Origin: Octopus sinensis
Lineage: Eukaryota
Length of the DNA: 64,000 nucleotides
Direction of reading: 5' to 3'
Assembly (NCBI RefSeq): GCF_006345805.1
Contig: NC_043001.1
Span: 82,398,001 to 82,462,000 of the forward strand
Shown: in pieces, positions 25,856 through 37,933 of the stretch
Layout of the letters: every line of letters begins with the position of its first letter
Numbering within the stretch: position 1 is the first letter of the stretch
Made by a program: the position numbers and the translations under genes
The notes under the pieces: model-generated
The model's database searches: none
What the model was told of the DNA's origin: nothing
The model's input: the letters and a program-made list of their open reading frames with translations, nothing else

Positions 25856-26071
25856 CAGGGGTGCTGGAACGTTCCTGGCGTAGGGTAAAAGAAAATACAG
25901 GAGGATCAGTTACTATATGATTTTATTCAGTATATTACCCTCTTAGATTCATGCACTTATTGCAGCGACCCTTCAGTTTTTCTAAGCCCTTTAAAAGATC
26001 TCGGAAGTTTGGGCCTCCAACCAGGCTTTTAGTGATACCTTTAAAGCCAGGAACTTTTCAGCACCTAGTCG
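25856..26071 (-). mobile_element. Mariner-derived MITE (about 215 bp), copy 1
   Basis: TIRs GGGGTGCTGGAACGTTCCTGGC / GCCAGGAACTTTTCAGCACCTAGTCG|TA; homologous to 54631-54846 and 58934-59142. Confidence 0.8.
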
Positions 26072-26103
<32 letters not shown>

Positions 26104-26173
26104 TGTATGTATGTATGTATGTATGTATGTATGTATGTATGTATGTATGTATGCATGCATGTATGTATATAAG

Positions 26174-27185
26174 TATTGGGTCATCTCATAAAGCAGTATT
26201 TTTATATTTCATTTATGTTTCAAAATTAAGATAAACAGTGTTCTTTTTTAATCTAAAACATACTCGCCTACATTTTCTACAATACTCTTCCATCTACCTG
26301 GTAGACCTGCAAGGCCCCTCTTCTAAAGTTCACTTGACCGTGACGAAAAATATTCCTCCAGTACTGTTCTGACCTCGTCTACAGAATTCATATTTTTCCG
26401 TTCAATGATTTTGAAGGCTGCGAAATAAATGATAATCAGATGGGGAAATGTCCGGCGAATATGGTGGGTGGAGCATCATTTCCCATTCGAACTGCTCCAA
26501 CCTTTGGAATGCCATCATTGCTGTAAGTGGCCGAGTATTATCCTGATGGAAGAACAGCTTTCGTCTTGAAACCAAAGATGGTCATTTTTCTTCTAGCGCT
26601 GACTCAAGCTGCTAAAGCTTCTCGCAGTAGATTTCCTTTGTTATTTGGTTTGGTTTTAAAAGTTCAAAGTGGACTAAACCTTTCATATCCCACCAAACAG
26701 ACAACGACACCTAACGTCAGTGAAGACCTTCTTTAGCTGCTGTTTCTCCTTTCCCTACCCATTGTCTTCGGCGCTCGACATTTTTATAGAGAACCCATTT
26801 CTCGTCACCAGTCACTATTCGGCCCCCCAAAACGTTCATTCGTGAGACGTTACATCAAAGACGAACACACATTCACTCTCTGCGTGCGATTAGAGTCGGA
26901 AAGTTTGTGAGGAACCTATTGACCCAATTTGCTGACTTTTCCGATGACACGCAGGTGTCCATGAATGGTTGAATGACCAAATCCAAGCTTCTTTGCTAGT
27001 TCCTCAATAGTTACAACGGGATTTTGTTCAGCAGGGTTTGCAGGACGTCATCGTCGAGCTCTACAGATCTTTCATGACGAGGTTCGTCTTTTAGGCTGTA
27101 GTTTCCGACTCAGAATTTGTGGGACTACCGTTGACACTCGCTTACGCTTATTGTCCGATCTTTATATGCTGCATTAATAGTCCTT
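26174..27185 (-). mobile_element. Mariner (DD34D-type) transposon remnant
   Basis: Minus strand FHQDNTRPH (about 26527-26551) and EQFEWEMMLHPPYSPDISPSDY (about 26433-26498). TIR-like TATTGGGTCATCTCATAA at 26174; other TIR not recognisable. Confidence 0.8.
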
Positions 27186-28308
27186 ATTTAATTGATCTCG
27201 AAAACATGAAAAGGTATAAATTATCGGTCTCGGTCGAATTTGAACTCAGAATGTAATGAGTTAAACGAAATGCAGCAAAGCATTTTCAAGACTCTCCAAG
27301 AATCAAGCTAAATCGCCATCTTATTTACCCATCGATGCTGCTCACAAAAGTATGAACATGGGTTAATTTCAGTATGAACTCATTAAAGCATATTTGTTTT
27401 GTGTTTGCTCAGAAATCAATAAATCGAAACCTGCGAGACTTGCTCTGTCACTTGACAAAACGTATTTACTTTTGGTTAGTTTTTCATTCCTATCAAGGTC
27501 AATAAGATAAGCTACACACTTGTAATATATTGGGGTAGAATATCTTGAATGGAATTCGTGCTCTTACAAATGTTAATTTGTTACTGAACAAAAGAAAATC
27601 AATAAATTTGAAGTTTTCCTCTTACAAAAACAAGTAAACAGATCGATGTCATGTGTCTATTGAAAAATACCAATAAATATGTTTGAGCACATATTGTTTG
27701 TCTTTGTTTGGGAGAACGAATAAGTCTTTCATAGAATATGTATGAAAGTGTGTATGAGTGTGTGTGTATTCACATACTCAAGCATTTGTTTGTGTTTGTT
27801 TAGAAGAATGAATGGTCATTTATAGAATAAGTGTGTACACATACACACGCACGCACGTATGTACACACACATACACATATATATATATACATGTACACAT
27901 ATATGTATGTAAGTATGTATGTGTAGGCATATATCAAAGTATGTATAATTTCATGTATATGTATCAGTAAACGTTTGTTTGTGTGCGTATGTGTGTGTGA
28001 GTTTGTATGTGTATTTGTGTATGTGTGTGTGTATTGGTGTGTGTGTTTTGGTGTGCGTGTGTCTATGTGTGTGTATTTGTATTTATGTGTGTATACAGAC
28101 ATTTGAACATACATGTTGAACGGATGGTCTTCATCTCTGTCCGGCCATCGCCATGATTGACCGCTAGCTACTAAAACTTTCTTCTTTTATTCTGTCTCGA
28201 AACGTAGGCTCGAAACGTAAAAGACTTTCTCACTTTCCCGAGCGTTAAATTAATACACCTCTTTGTTGTTTACTCACCTGCCTTCGTCTTTTGTTTTTTG
28301 TAAATTCC

Positions 28309-28309
<1 letters not shown>

Positions 28310-28407
<98 letters not shown>

Positions 28408-28411
28408 TATA

Positions 28412-28464
<53 letters not shown>

Positions 28465-28493
28465 ATAGTATATATTATATATATATCTATTAT

Positions 28494-28532
<39 letters not shown>

Positions 28533-28545
28533 TATATAATATAAA
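28310..28545. repeat. Long (TA)n array
   Basis: Direct reading. Confidence 0.95.
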
Positions 28546-29199
28546 TATATATGTATATGCATATATGTTTATGTACGTCTATATATTTAAGTGTATGTGC
28601 TTCTTTCATAAGTACGTCGGAAAGTACTCTGCAGTATATGATACGCTGAGAAGGTCTGAAAAGAGCGAAACTTTTCGGTGTTATCTTTCTTGTCTGCCGG
28701 TGTGAATAAAATATTATCATTAATTCTAATATCTTTCCCTCAGAGCGTAATAATTTTCAATGAGACTTGTAGATTATAAATGCTCACTCAGTTAAATATT
28801 AACATTCACCTAACTATATTTTCCATACCTTTTTAAGATATTTTCCAACATACAAATTGATGCAGTATATAGTCTAAATACGTAATGCAAACGTTCAAAC
28901 GTATCTAGCTATCCAACATTTTAAGAATAATATAATTTTAAAAGTATATGATGAAATATTAAATATTTTAAGAAGGATATAATTTTTAAAATCATAATGC
29001 AATATTAAACATTTTAAGAAAATTATGGTTTTGTAAATGATACAATGTGATATTATTTTATCTTTTATCTCAAACTTGTTTCAGGAATTGGACTACGGTT
29101 TTCAAGACTTTAGTTGAACAAATCCACCCCAAGATTTTTTTCAAGTTTAAAATCTGGTATTTATTATATCGGTGTTTTTGCCAAACGTCTAATTTATGG

Positions 29200-29320
29200 G
29201 GATTTATTAGTCGACCCAGGAGTCCAGTAGAAGACACTTGCCCAAGGTGCCACGCAGCGGGCCTGAACCCGAAACCATGTAGTTGCAAAGCGAGCTCATG
29301 AACGACTCAGCCATGACTGT
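29200..29320 (-). mobile_element. SINE family B head fragment
   Basis: GTAGAAGACACTTGCCCAAGGTGCCACGCAG...CCTGAACCC..AACCATGT...CTCAGCCA. Confidence 0.8.
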
Positions 29321-29439
29321 CCCTGTTACCATAATTACATATAACATATAACGTTTTCAAAATGTTATATATATATATATATATAGTAGTAACATAAAGG
29401 AGGAATTTCGATTATCCCCATGTGGTGAGTTGTAATGTA

Positions 29440-30110
29440 TATAAGAAATTGAAAAAGGAAAATACGTACACTTACATAGTTTTAATATAATTTTTAATAT
29501 ATCGACCGGTTTCGCTATCGCTATTCATGATATTATGTTTTATTTATTTGAATATATATTTTTTCTTAAGAAGAAAGAAATAAAGAAGGAAAGAAAGAAA
29601 GAAAGAAAGAAAAAGAAAAAGAAAGAAAGAAAGAAAGAAAGAAGAATTCCTCTGCAGGACTGTTACTTTAGTTATTGACCCTCGAAAAGATGAAAAGCAA
29701 AGTTGACTTGGGATTGTTGCCACCGCCTACGACACAGAGTAGGATCGCAGGACCATAAAAACATGAGCTGCACAAGTTCGGAGCCAACTCCTTATCTTCA
29801 TTTCCAGCAGATCCTCACTGTTCGATCTGCAACAGGACCTTCCGAGCACGCATCGGCTTGATCGGCCACAGACGGACGCACCGTGTCTCATCTTCTCCCT
29901 CGTAATACCTTTGGTCATGTTGTGTGTGATGAAATTCACTCGTGAATTTCATCACACACAACATGGGCCAAATTTCTTCTTAAGAAAAAATATATATTCA
30001 AATAAATAAAACATAATATCATGAATAGCGATAGCGAAACCGGTCGATATATTAAAAATTATATTAAAACTATGTAAGGGTACGTACTTTCCTTTTTAAT
30101 TTCTCATATA
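29440..30110. repeat. Inverted repeat pair (29440-29573 / 29973-30105) around a duplicated block and a perfect central hairpin
   Basis: Near-identical reverse complements; CATGTTGTGTGTGATGAAATTCAC-TC-GTGAATTTCATCACACACAACATG at 29916-29965. Confidence 0.85.
29750..29915 (+). mobile_element. RTE-BovB-type LINE 3' fragment, duplicate copy
   Basis: Near-identical to 30445-30620; encodes CSICNRTFRARIGLIGHRRTH. Confidence 0.8.
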
Positions 30111-30444
30111 TATACGTATGGATGTGCAATGGATTTCGTTATCTAATACAATATGTAATTAAGACATGTAATGTGTCTTGCTTTGACCTGGGGTGTTAAC
30201 GTGTTAAAGGAATCATAGAAATGACATATGGAGTATTTTAGCTAATTTTAGACATGTTGGAGTCCTAGAGACATCCGTTGCAGGTACTGGCCAAGGACAA
30301 TTTCTTCTAGAAGAATAAAAGACCGACAGAAAGAAAGAAAGAAAGATTCCTCTGCAGGACTGTTACTTTAGTTATTGACCCTCGAAAAGATGAAAAGCAA
30401 AGTTGACTTGGGATTGTTGCCACCGCCTACGACACAGAGTAGGA

Positions 30445-30655
30445 TCGCAGGAGCACAAAGAAAACATGAGCTGCACAATTTCGGAGCCAACTCCTTATCT
30501 TCATTTCCAGCAGATCCTCACTGTTCGATCTGCAGCAGGACCTTCCGAGCACGCATCGGCTTGATCGGCCACAGACGGACGCACCGTGACTCATCTTCTC
30601 CCTCGTAATACCTTTGGTCATCGTAGACAATGATGGACGAACGTTATTGACATTA
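30445..30655 (+). mobile_element. RTE-BovB-type LINE 3' end
   Basis: CSICSRTFRARIGLIGHRRTH C-terminal zinc-finger-like motif, followed by TGGTCATCGTAGACAATGATGGACGAAC tail typical of RTE 3' UTRs. Confidence 0.8.
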
Positions 30656-30831
30656 CAACATATCGAGTTTGAACGATTACCATAATGATATCTACCTTGC
30701 ACTCTAACCACTTAACATTTAATAGGGTACCAAAGCGTGCCACAGGATAACATAAGGTACTTTGAAAAGTTATTTCTCGGAAGTTTTCGTTTCTTTTACT
30801 TTTATTGACATAGAGCATATATTATTTAGCT

Positions 30832-31412
30832 CAAGGCAGAAACGTATTTCGTCTGCCGTTACGTTCTGAGTTCAAATTCCACCGAGGTCGACTTTGCCAT
30901 TCATCCTTTCGGGGTCGATAAATTAAGTACCAGTTACGCACTGGGGTCGATATAATCGACTTAATCCGTTTTTCTGTCCTTGTTTGTCCCTTCTGTGTTT
31001 AGCCCCTTGTGGGTAGTAAAGAAATAGGTATTTCGTCTGCCGTTACGTTCTGAGTTCAAATTCCGCCGAGGTCGACTTTGCCTTTCACCCTTTCGGGGTC
31101 GATTAAATAAATACCAGTTACGCACTGGGGTAAATATAATCGACTTTATCCGTTTGTCTCTCCTTGTTTGTCCCCTCTGTGTGTAGCCCCTTGTGGGCAG
31201 TAAAGAAATAAGAAACGTTAGCACGCCGAAGAAATACTTAGCGGCATTTCGTCTGTCTTTATGTTCTGAGTTCAAATTCCGCCAAGGTCGACCTTGCCTT
31301 TTATCCTTTCGGGTGGTGGGGGTGTCAAGAAATTAAGTACCAGTGAAACACTGGGGTCGATGTAATCGAAGGGTCTCCCACCTCTCATTCCAGGCCTTGT
31401 GCTTTTAGGAGA
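30832..31412 (+). mobile_element. Family A SINE (host, 30832-30845 + 31211-31412) interrupted by a dimer of Tx1-tailed family A SINEs (30846-31210)
   Basis: AGAAACGT duplicated at 30838-30845 and 31211-31218. Two inner units each end in TCTGTGT.TAGCCCCTTGTGGG.AGTAAAGAAATA. Confidence 0.85.
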
Positions 31413-31434
31413 AAGGATTATTAGATTTAACTAT

Positions 31435-31935
31435 ATATCCGTCTGTCAGTCTGTCTGTTTCTCACTTTGTCCGTTTGTGTCTGACTACCCCTCTCTCTCT
31501 TTTCTTCTTTCTCCTTCTTTTCTCTCTCGGCCTCTTTCTGTCCGTCTGTGTGTTTCTCGCCTTCTTCCTCTTCCCACTCTTGCTTCTCTCTTTCTTCTGT
31601 TGTATCTTCTCTCTCTCTCTCTCTCTCATTCTCTCTGTCCATCCGTTTGTCTACCCCGTCTCCCTTTTCCTATCTCTCTTTTTTTCTGTCTTCTTCACTC
31701 TCTCGATCTATTTCTTAGATTCCTTTCTTTGTCCACCTGTCTGTCTATCCGCTCTTGCTCTCCTCCTTCCACTCTTCTTTCTCTCTCACTCTCTGTCTTT
31801 ATCTGTCCGTCTATCTGTCTTTCCCTTCTATCCCTCTCTGTGTACCTCTGCCGTTGTCCATCAGTTTTTCCCCTTCTTCCTCTCTCCCTCTTTCTGCCTC
31901 TCTCTTTCTCCCCCCTCTCTCTTCCTTATTTGTTT
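31435..31935. repeat. CT-rich low-complexity tract
   Basis: Degenerate (CT)n/(CTGT)n; explains the 200-aa S/L/F ORF. Confidence 0.9.
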
Positions 31936-32503
31936 GTCAGAATGATCAATAAGTTAACGGCTCGGCGTGGCAGTTTAGTACAAGCAAGACATAACTTCTA
32001 AGATAAGCAAAAGTACAAAAATAAATAAATAAATAAATAAATAAAAGAGTTGTCAAATGATGGAATAAAGGAATGACGGAATAAAGGAATAACGGAGACT
32101 GTGTGGGAGACTACATATCGATTCGAGAGCAAAAGTGTAATTAAGTGCAGACACTGAAGATAGTTTGATCACGTTCGAAGTGTTCTTACAACGGGTATGA
32201 GAAATGATCTTTAGTCAACTTTGAGCGATAGGAAGAACCATTTCCAAGTTTGAAGTGGAACATAATAATGTAAGATTTTTAAGTGGCTTCTTTGTGACAG
32301 CACAATATTCGGGAGAACGAAAACTGTCTGGAGGAATTAGCGAACTACGAGAATGGTTTGCGAGGTGGGAAGGAGAATTCCTCGCTTTGGTGTGAAGATG
32401 AAATGTAAGAAAGATTTATTATGTGATACGGACAACATGACAAAACTGAAGTAATTGTAAAATCAGTGTACAGGGAATAGTGGTGATGACAGAATTAGAC
32501 GAA

Positions 32504-33170
32504 TACAGAGTGTTTGGCCTAAATTTGACAAATTTTTTATTTCTCTTTTTTTTCAGTAACAGCTTGTTGTATTGGTGAACTGTCAACGGCGCTGGAGAGC
32601 ATAAAGATTAAAGTTGTAGTTGAGAAAGTAGTTAGATGACATGGAGAACTGGAAGCCATGTGAATATTGGAAAAGAGTTACTTGTATCATGACGATTCGC
32701 GCCGGTTATCAAAATACCGACATACTCACTGCTGCTTAATGTGTTTTGAACACTCTAAAGGCTGTAAGACGTGACACAGACATCATGAAAACCAAGCTCT
32801 TCGCAAACTGTGATGGTCTTTGGCTGTGTCTCCAGTGAGTGTAACATAATTCCACCCCATACCTTTGAACAGGGCATTAGGCTTAATTCAGACAGCTATG
32901 TGAAGCTCCAGGAGATTGTGGTCAAACCCTGGTTGAAGAAGATTACCGTTGGAAGGTCATATATGTGGCAGCAGGATTCGGAAAGAGTCAGTAGTGGCTG
33001 GAAAATTTCTACTTCACTAGCCTAAATTTCTGACTTCCTAATTCCCTCGATCGTAATTGCATGGATTACTATGTGTGAAGCGCGGTTGAGAAAGACAACC
33101 GTTCTGCCTGCAACGCCAGACCGAGCCTGTGATCAATATCAAGATCATCCCTAGGACACAGTGAGGGTAA
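32504..33170 (+). mobile_element. Tc1/mariner maT (DD37D)-like transposase remnant
   Basis: VMVFGCVSSE..IIPPHTFEQGIRLNSDSYVKL...VVKPWL...GRSYMWQQDS, then F.LPNSLD.N.MDYYV. TIR-like TACAGAGTGTTTGGCCTAAATTTGAC at 32504. Confidence 0.8.
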
Positions 33171-33294
33171 AAACGCTTTGGACAAGAAGAGTCGAAAGCT
33201 GCTCGTGTGACACGAATCTACGTCTCCTATAAACAAGCGTTCTGTCATTCGAAGAGCAGCCTTCGATTTTTTCTGTCCAAAGGAATTTTAACCT

Positions 33295-33461
33295 AAGGCG
33301 CAGGAGTGGCTGTGTCGTAAGTAGCTTGCTTACCAACCACATAGTTCCGGGTTCATCCCCACTGCGTGGTACCTTGGTCAAGTGTCTTCTACTATAGCCT
33401 CGGGTCGACCAAAGCTTTGTGAGGGGATTTGGTAGACGAAAACTGAAAGAAGCCCGTCGTA

Positions 33462-33547
<86 letters not shown>

Positions 33548-33771
33548 TTGTGTATATGTTTGTGTGTCTGTGTTTGTCTCTCCAAAATCGCTTGACAACC
33601 GATGGTAGTGTGTTTACGTCCCCGTAACTTAGCGGTTCGGCAAAAGAGACAGATAGAATAAGTACTAGGCTTCTGAAGAATAAGACCTGGGGTCGATTTG
33701 CTCGACTAAAGGCGGTGCTGCAGCATGGCCGCAGTCAAGTGACTGAAAAAAAGTAAAAGAGTAAAAGAGTA
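33295..33771 (+). mobile_element. Near full-length SINE family B (tRNA-derived, CORE-like)
   Basis: AAGGCGCAGGAGTGGCTGTGTCGTAAG head, GGGTTCATCCC B-box-like, ACCTTGGTCAAGTGTCTT core resembling the CORE CCTTGGGCAAG motif, internal (TA)n, (AAAAGAGT)n tail. Assignment to the octopus OR/CORE SINEs is inference. Confidence 0.9.
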
Positions 33772-34186
33772 ATATTTAGACGCTATCATTTATAGCGCTG
33801 TTTGCTTCGAGATCGACAGTTCTCTAAAAAGTGTGTGGGGAGAGGGGGGATAATCACAGGATTGCTGACATACATGCCTAACGGCAAAAAAGAAAGGCAT
33901 TTGGTGGGTAAGTCTACATTAATTTAAACAGAGTGAAAGATAGAATGCAAACAAGAAGCCGATTTAATACTTCAAAATAAAACGGACCGTGGAGGTCTGG
34001 AAACGGCGAATATGAATTTAAGAACTTCAATCTTCGAAACTAGCTGTAAAATAAAGGCAAATAATAAAATACAAAAAATCTAAAGCAAAAATGGTAGAAC
34101 TTAAACTCAGTCGTGTATTTATTTAAGTGTGTTTAAAGGAATAGTTGTTCTGTGTGTATGTGTGTGTACTTATGTATGAACTATGA

Positions 34187-34228
<42 letters not shown>

Positions 34229-35127
34229 ATGTGTGTGTGTGTATGTGTGTGTGTGTATGTGTGTGTGTATATATATATATGTGTGTGTGTGTATATATAT
34301 ATATGTATGTATGTATGCATGTATGTATGCATGTATATATATATATATATAAAGGAACGATCATGTTACATACTTTCTTGCATATTTTATATGCAAACTG
34401 AACGATATATCAGAATAATTAGCATTTATTGTTAGCTACACAGCTTAATGATGTGTGTATATGTGTTTATGGGTGTGTATGAGTATGTGTGTGTGCGCGC
34501 TAATATGTATAAGCACACACACAAATCTACGAGCGTGCATAATAACTGTCCTTCCTATATCTCTCACCACCACTTATCCCTCTCTCTCTCTCTCTCTCTC
34601 TCCCGCTCTTTCTCTGACACATACGCAAGCATACACAAATGCGTAACCACTCAGCGACCAAGACAAAATTGTAGCAGACGACAACGAAGGAAAACTAGTG
34701 TGTGTGTGTGTGTGTATATGTGTGTGTGTATGTGTGTGCGTGTGTGTGTTTGTGTGTGTGTGTGTGTGCCTCTGTGTGTGTGTGTGTGTATGCATGTACG
34801 GATACGCACGCATATTCAAATCTAATATGAAAACCTCTACATAGTTGCTCGTCTTGCTAGAAATAAGAACCAAAACTCGCCCAGTGTGACACGCTGTCAC
34901 CTTTAAAAACCGAAGGACACATCGAAACAAATACAGTATTTTAAGGGCTGGAATATTTGAGATCTACTCCATCATGTCTGTTGTAGAGCTTAAAAAGCAG
35001 CATGTCCACATGAATTTGTGACATTACACACACATGAAGGTATCGTTTCCCTCTCCATTCACACATATTCATTAAGTCAATTTTTTTGTTGCTACCGGTT
35101 TCTTACTCCTCTCTCTTCCTCTGTCTG

Positions 35128-35188
<61 letters not shown>

Positions 35189-35192
35189 ATAC

Positions 35193-35274
<82 letters not shown>

Positions 35275-35477
35275 GCCTGTCTGTCTGTCTGTGTGTATGT
35301 ATATCTGTCTGTCTATCTATCTACCTATCTATCTATTTTCTTGTTCTTTTCTTCCCTTTTACGATCCCTCTTGATCGAAAACCTACGCCCCCCCTTTTTT
35401 TTTCATCCCCCAAAAGAAAAGCTCTACCTTGTAACTTGTCCCATCTGTGTGCAGCCCTGTGTGGCCACTAAAGAAAC

Positions 35478-35569
<92 letters not shown>

Positions 35570-35584
35570 TTTTCTATATATCAT

Positions 35585-35617
<33 letters not shown>

Positions 35618-35654
35618 ATATCTATCTATCTATCGATCTATTTATCTATCTATC

Positions 35655-35696
<42 letters not shown>

Positions 35697-35900
35697 GCTA
35701 TCTGTCTGTCTGTCTGTCTTTCTTTGTTTTCTTTCTTTCTATCTATTTATCAATCTGCTTGTGTGTCTGTCTGTCTGCCTTTTGTCTGTCTGTCTCTCTC
35801 TTTATCAATTAATCTGTCTATCTATCTATCTCTCTCTATCTATCTACCTGACTGTCTGTCCTTCTGTCTTTCTGTCTTTCTGTCTGTCTATATATCATAT
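35128..35900. repeat. (TATC)n/(TCTG)n arrays surrounding a Tx1 tail
   Basis: Direct reading. Confidence 0.95.
35363..35478 (+). mobile_element. 5'-truncated Tx1 3' UTR fragment (sister subfamily of the 16.5-22.4 kb element)
   Basis: GATCCCTCTTGATC..CAAAAGAAAAGCTCTACCTTGTA..TCTGTGTGCAGCCCTGTGTGGCCACTAAAGAAACT aligns with GATCCCTATTGATC..CGAAAAGAAAAAATCTACATTGTA..TCTGTGTTTAGCCCTGTGTGGCTACAATAAAAAGT (reverse complement of 16506-16645). Confidence 0.85.
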
Positions 35901-36769
35901 ACCTTTCTATTTTTGCTTGCGACTCATTGTCCCTCACTCCATCTTTCTTCCCTACTTTCTCTTTTTCTCTTTCATATCACTCTTTCACTCCTGTCTCTCC
36001 ACCCTCTTTCTCTCTCGCCTAAAAACTGATCCTGAAGTGCGAAAATTAAATAAAATACATGCAAAAATATGTAAAAACCATTTATTAAAACAGATAGAAG
36101 CTAATAATATCTCTAAATGTCTTTTTTGTGAGTGTGTGTTACGGCGATATTCGTGTGAAGTCGCTTGACATGGAACCAATTATCATCGTAAGCTGATGTA
36201 TGCCTGTAGTGTATGTTTATGTATGTAGCGTATGTTTATGTGTGTGCGTGTGTGTTTCTTCATGCATACAGTGTACGCATTCAAGCAAATACATACACAT
36301 CCATACTCGCTCAGACACATACGTCTTCTCTAACACACTGCCACATATTCATCCGCATACAAACACAAACAAAACACAAACGCGTACGAACATATGCACC
36401 TAATCTTTCTGACATATTTCTCGGTGGTCGACATCTTTCTCACGTCCAACAGGCGGAATACATCGTTTATGAAAGCCAGCCAATATGATATTCGGGAAAT
36501 TTCTTGTATAATGTGTGCGCGTGTGTGTGTGCGTATGTCTGTGTGTGTGTGCATGCATCCGTGTGTGTGTGTGTGTGTTGCTGGGAGGTTAGAGGTTGGC
36601 AAAGAATGTAACTCTTTAACATATGTCTTTAAACTTCGGTTGGGGTTTTAACATATGTACAATATAAGCCCTATCAACCCCTTTCACAGCTGCTCTGAAA
36701 TCTTTAAATATTTCCAGCTTCTTGTATGTTTTACTCATATAATTATCTATGTGGTTGCAGTAGGAGAAG

Positions 36770-36958
36770 CAGCAATGGTGGTGGTGGTGGTAGTAGTAGT
36801 AGTAGTAGGAGAAGCAACAATGGTGGTGGTAGTAGTAGTAGTAGTGGTGGTGGTGTAGTGTTTGTGGTGGTTGTAGTGATGGTGGTGGTGGAGTTAGTAA
36901 TAGTGTTGGTGATGAGGTTGGTGGGGTGGTCGTAGTAGAAGTAGTACTAATGGTGGTG

Positions 36959-36989
<31 letters not shown>

Positions 36990-37226
36990 CGTAGTGGGTC
37001 GGGAGTAGTAGTAGTAGTAGTAGTAGTAATAGTAGTAGTAGTAGTAGTAGTAGTCACAGTAGTAGTGGTGGTGGTGGTGGTGAAGGTGTAGTAGTAGTAG
37101 TGGTGGTGGGGAGGTGTTAGTGTAGTGGTAGTAGTTTTTTTGTTGTTGTGGTGGTAGTAGTAGTAGTGGCAGTGGTAGCAGTGGTTGTGGTGCTGCTACT
37201 ACTGCTACTACCACTGCTACTATTAC

Positions 37227-37269
<43 letters not shown>

Positions 37270-37280
37270 TGTAGTAGTTT
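36770..37280. repeat. Compound (GTA)n/(GTG)n trinucleotide tract
   Basis: Direct reading. Confidence 0.95.
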
Positions 37281-37461
37281 GCACCACTACAACTCTCCTT
37301 GAACACCTTCGTTTATAGTTTAAAAAATTTTGAAGATTTATTAAAATGGCCGACTCCCTATCTCTATTAAACTAACACGGTGATGTGATTACTTAACAAT
37401 ATTAATGTCTGTCCTCACATTCGTAAATGATCGGTCATTCCGTTCATTCTTATTGACTCAA

Positions 37462-37881
37462 TCATGGCTGTGTGATTAAGGATCTCGCTTTACAGCCACG
37501 TGATTTCGGACTCAGTCCCACTGCGCGATACCTTCTACTATAGACTCGAACCGAGAAATGCCTACTGACTGAATTTGGCAAATGAAAAGGGCATCCTGTA
37601 CATACATACATACATACATACATACATACATACATACATACACACATATATATGCATACATATATACATACATATATACGTACATACATACTACATACAT
37701 ACATACATACATACATACATACATACATACATACATACATACATGCATACATATATACAAACGCATACACACATACATACATATATATATATTTACATCC
37801 TGTTTCTTGGATCTTACCTTTAAATATATATATATGTGTGTGTATGCATGTGGTGTGTGTGTATGTGTGTGTGTGTGTGCG

Positions 37882-37933
<52 letters not shown>

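Noticed and set aside
31399-32001. 200-aa S/L/F-rich ORF
   Set aside because: Arises from a CT-rich low-complexity tract; no domain motif.
33295-33365. tRNA-like A/B-box sequences here and at 4781, 43700, 58700, 62234
   Set aside because: They are SINE heads continuing into SINE bodies; no complete cloverleaf.
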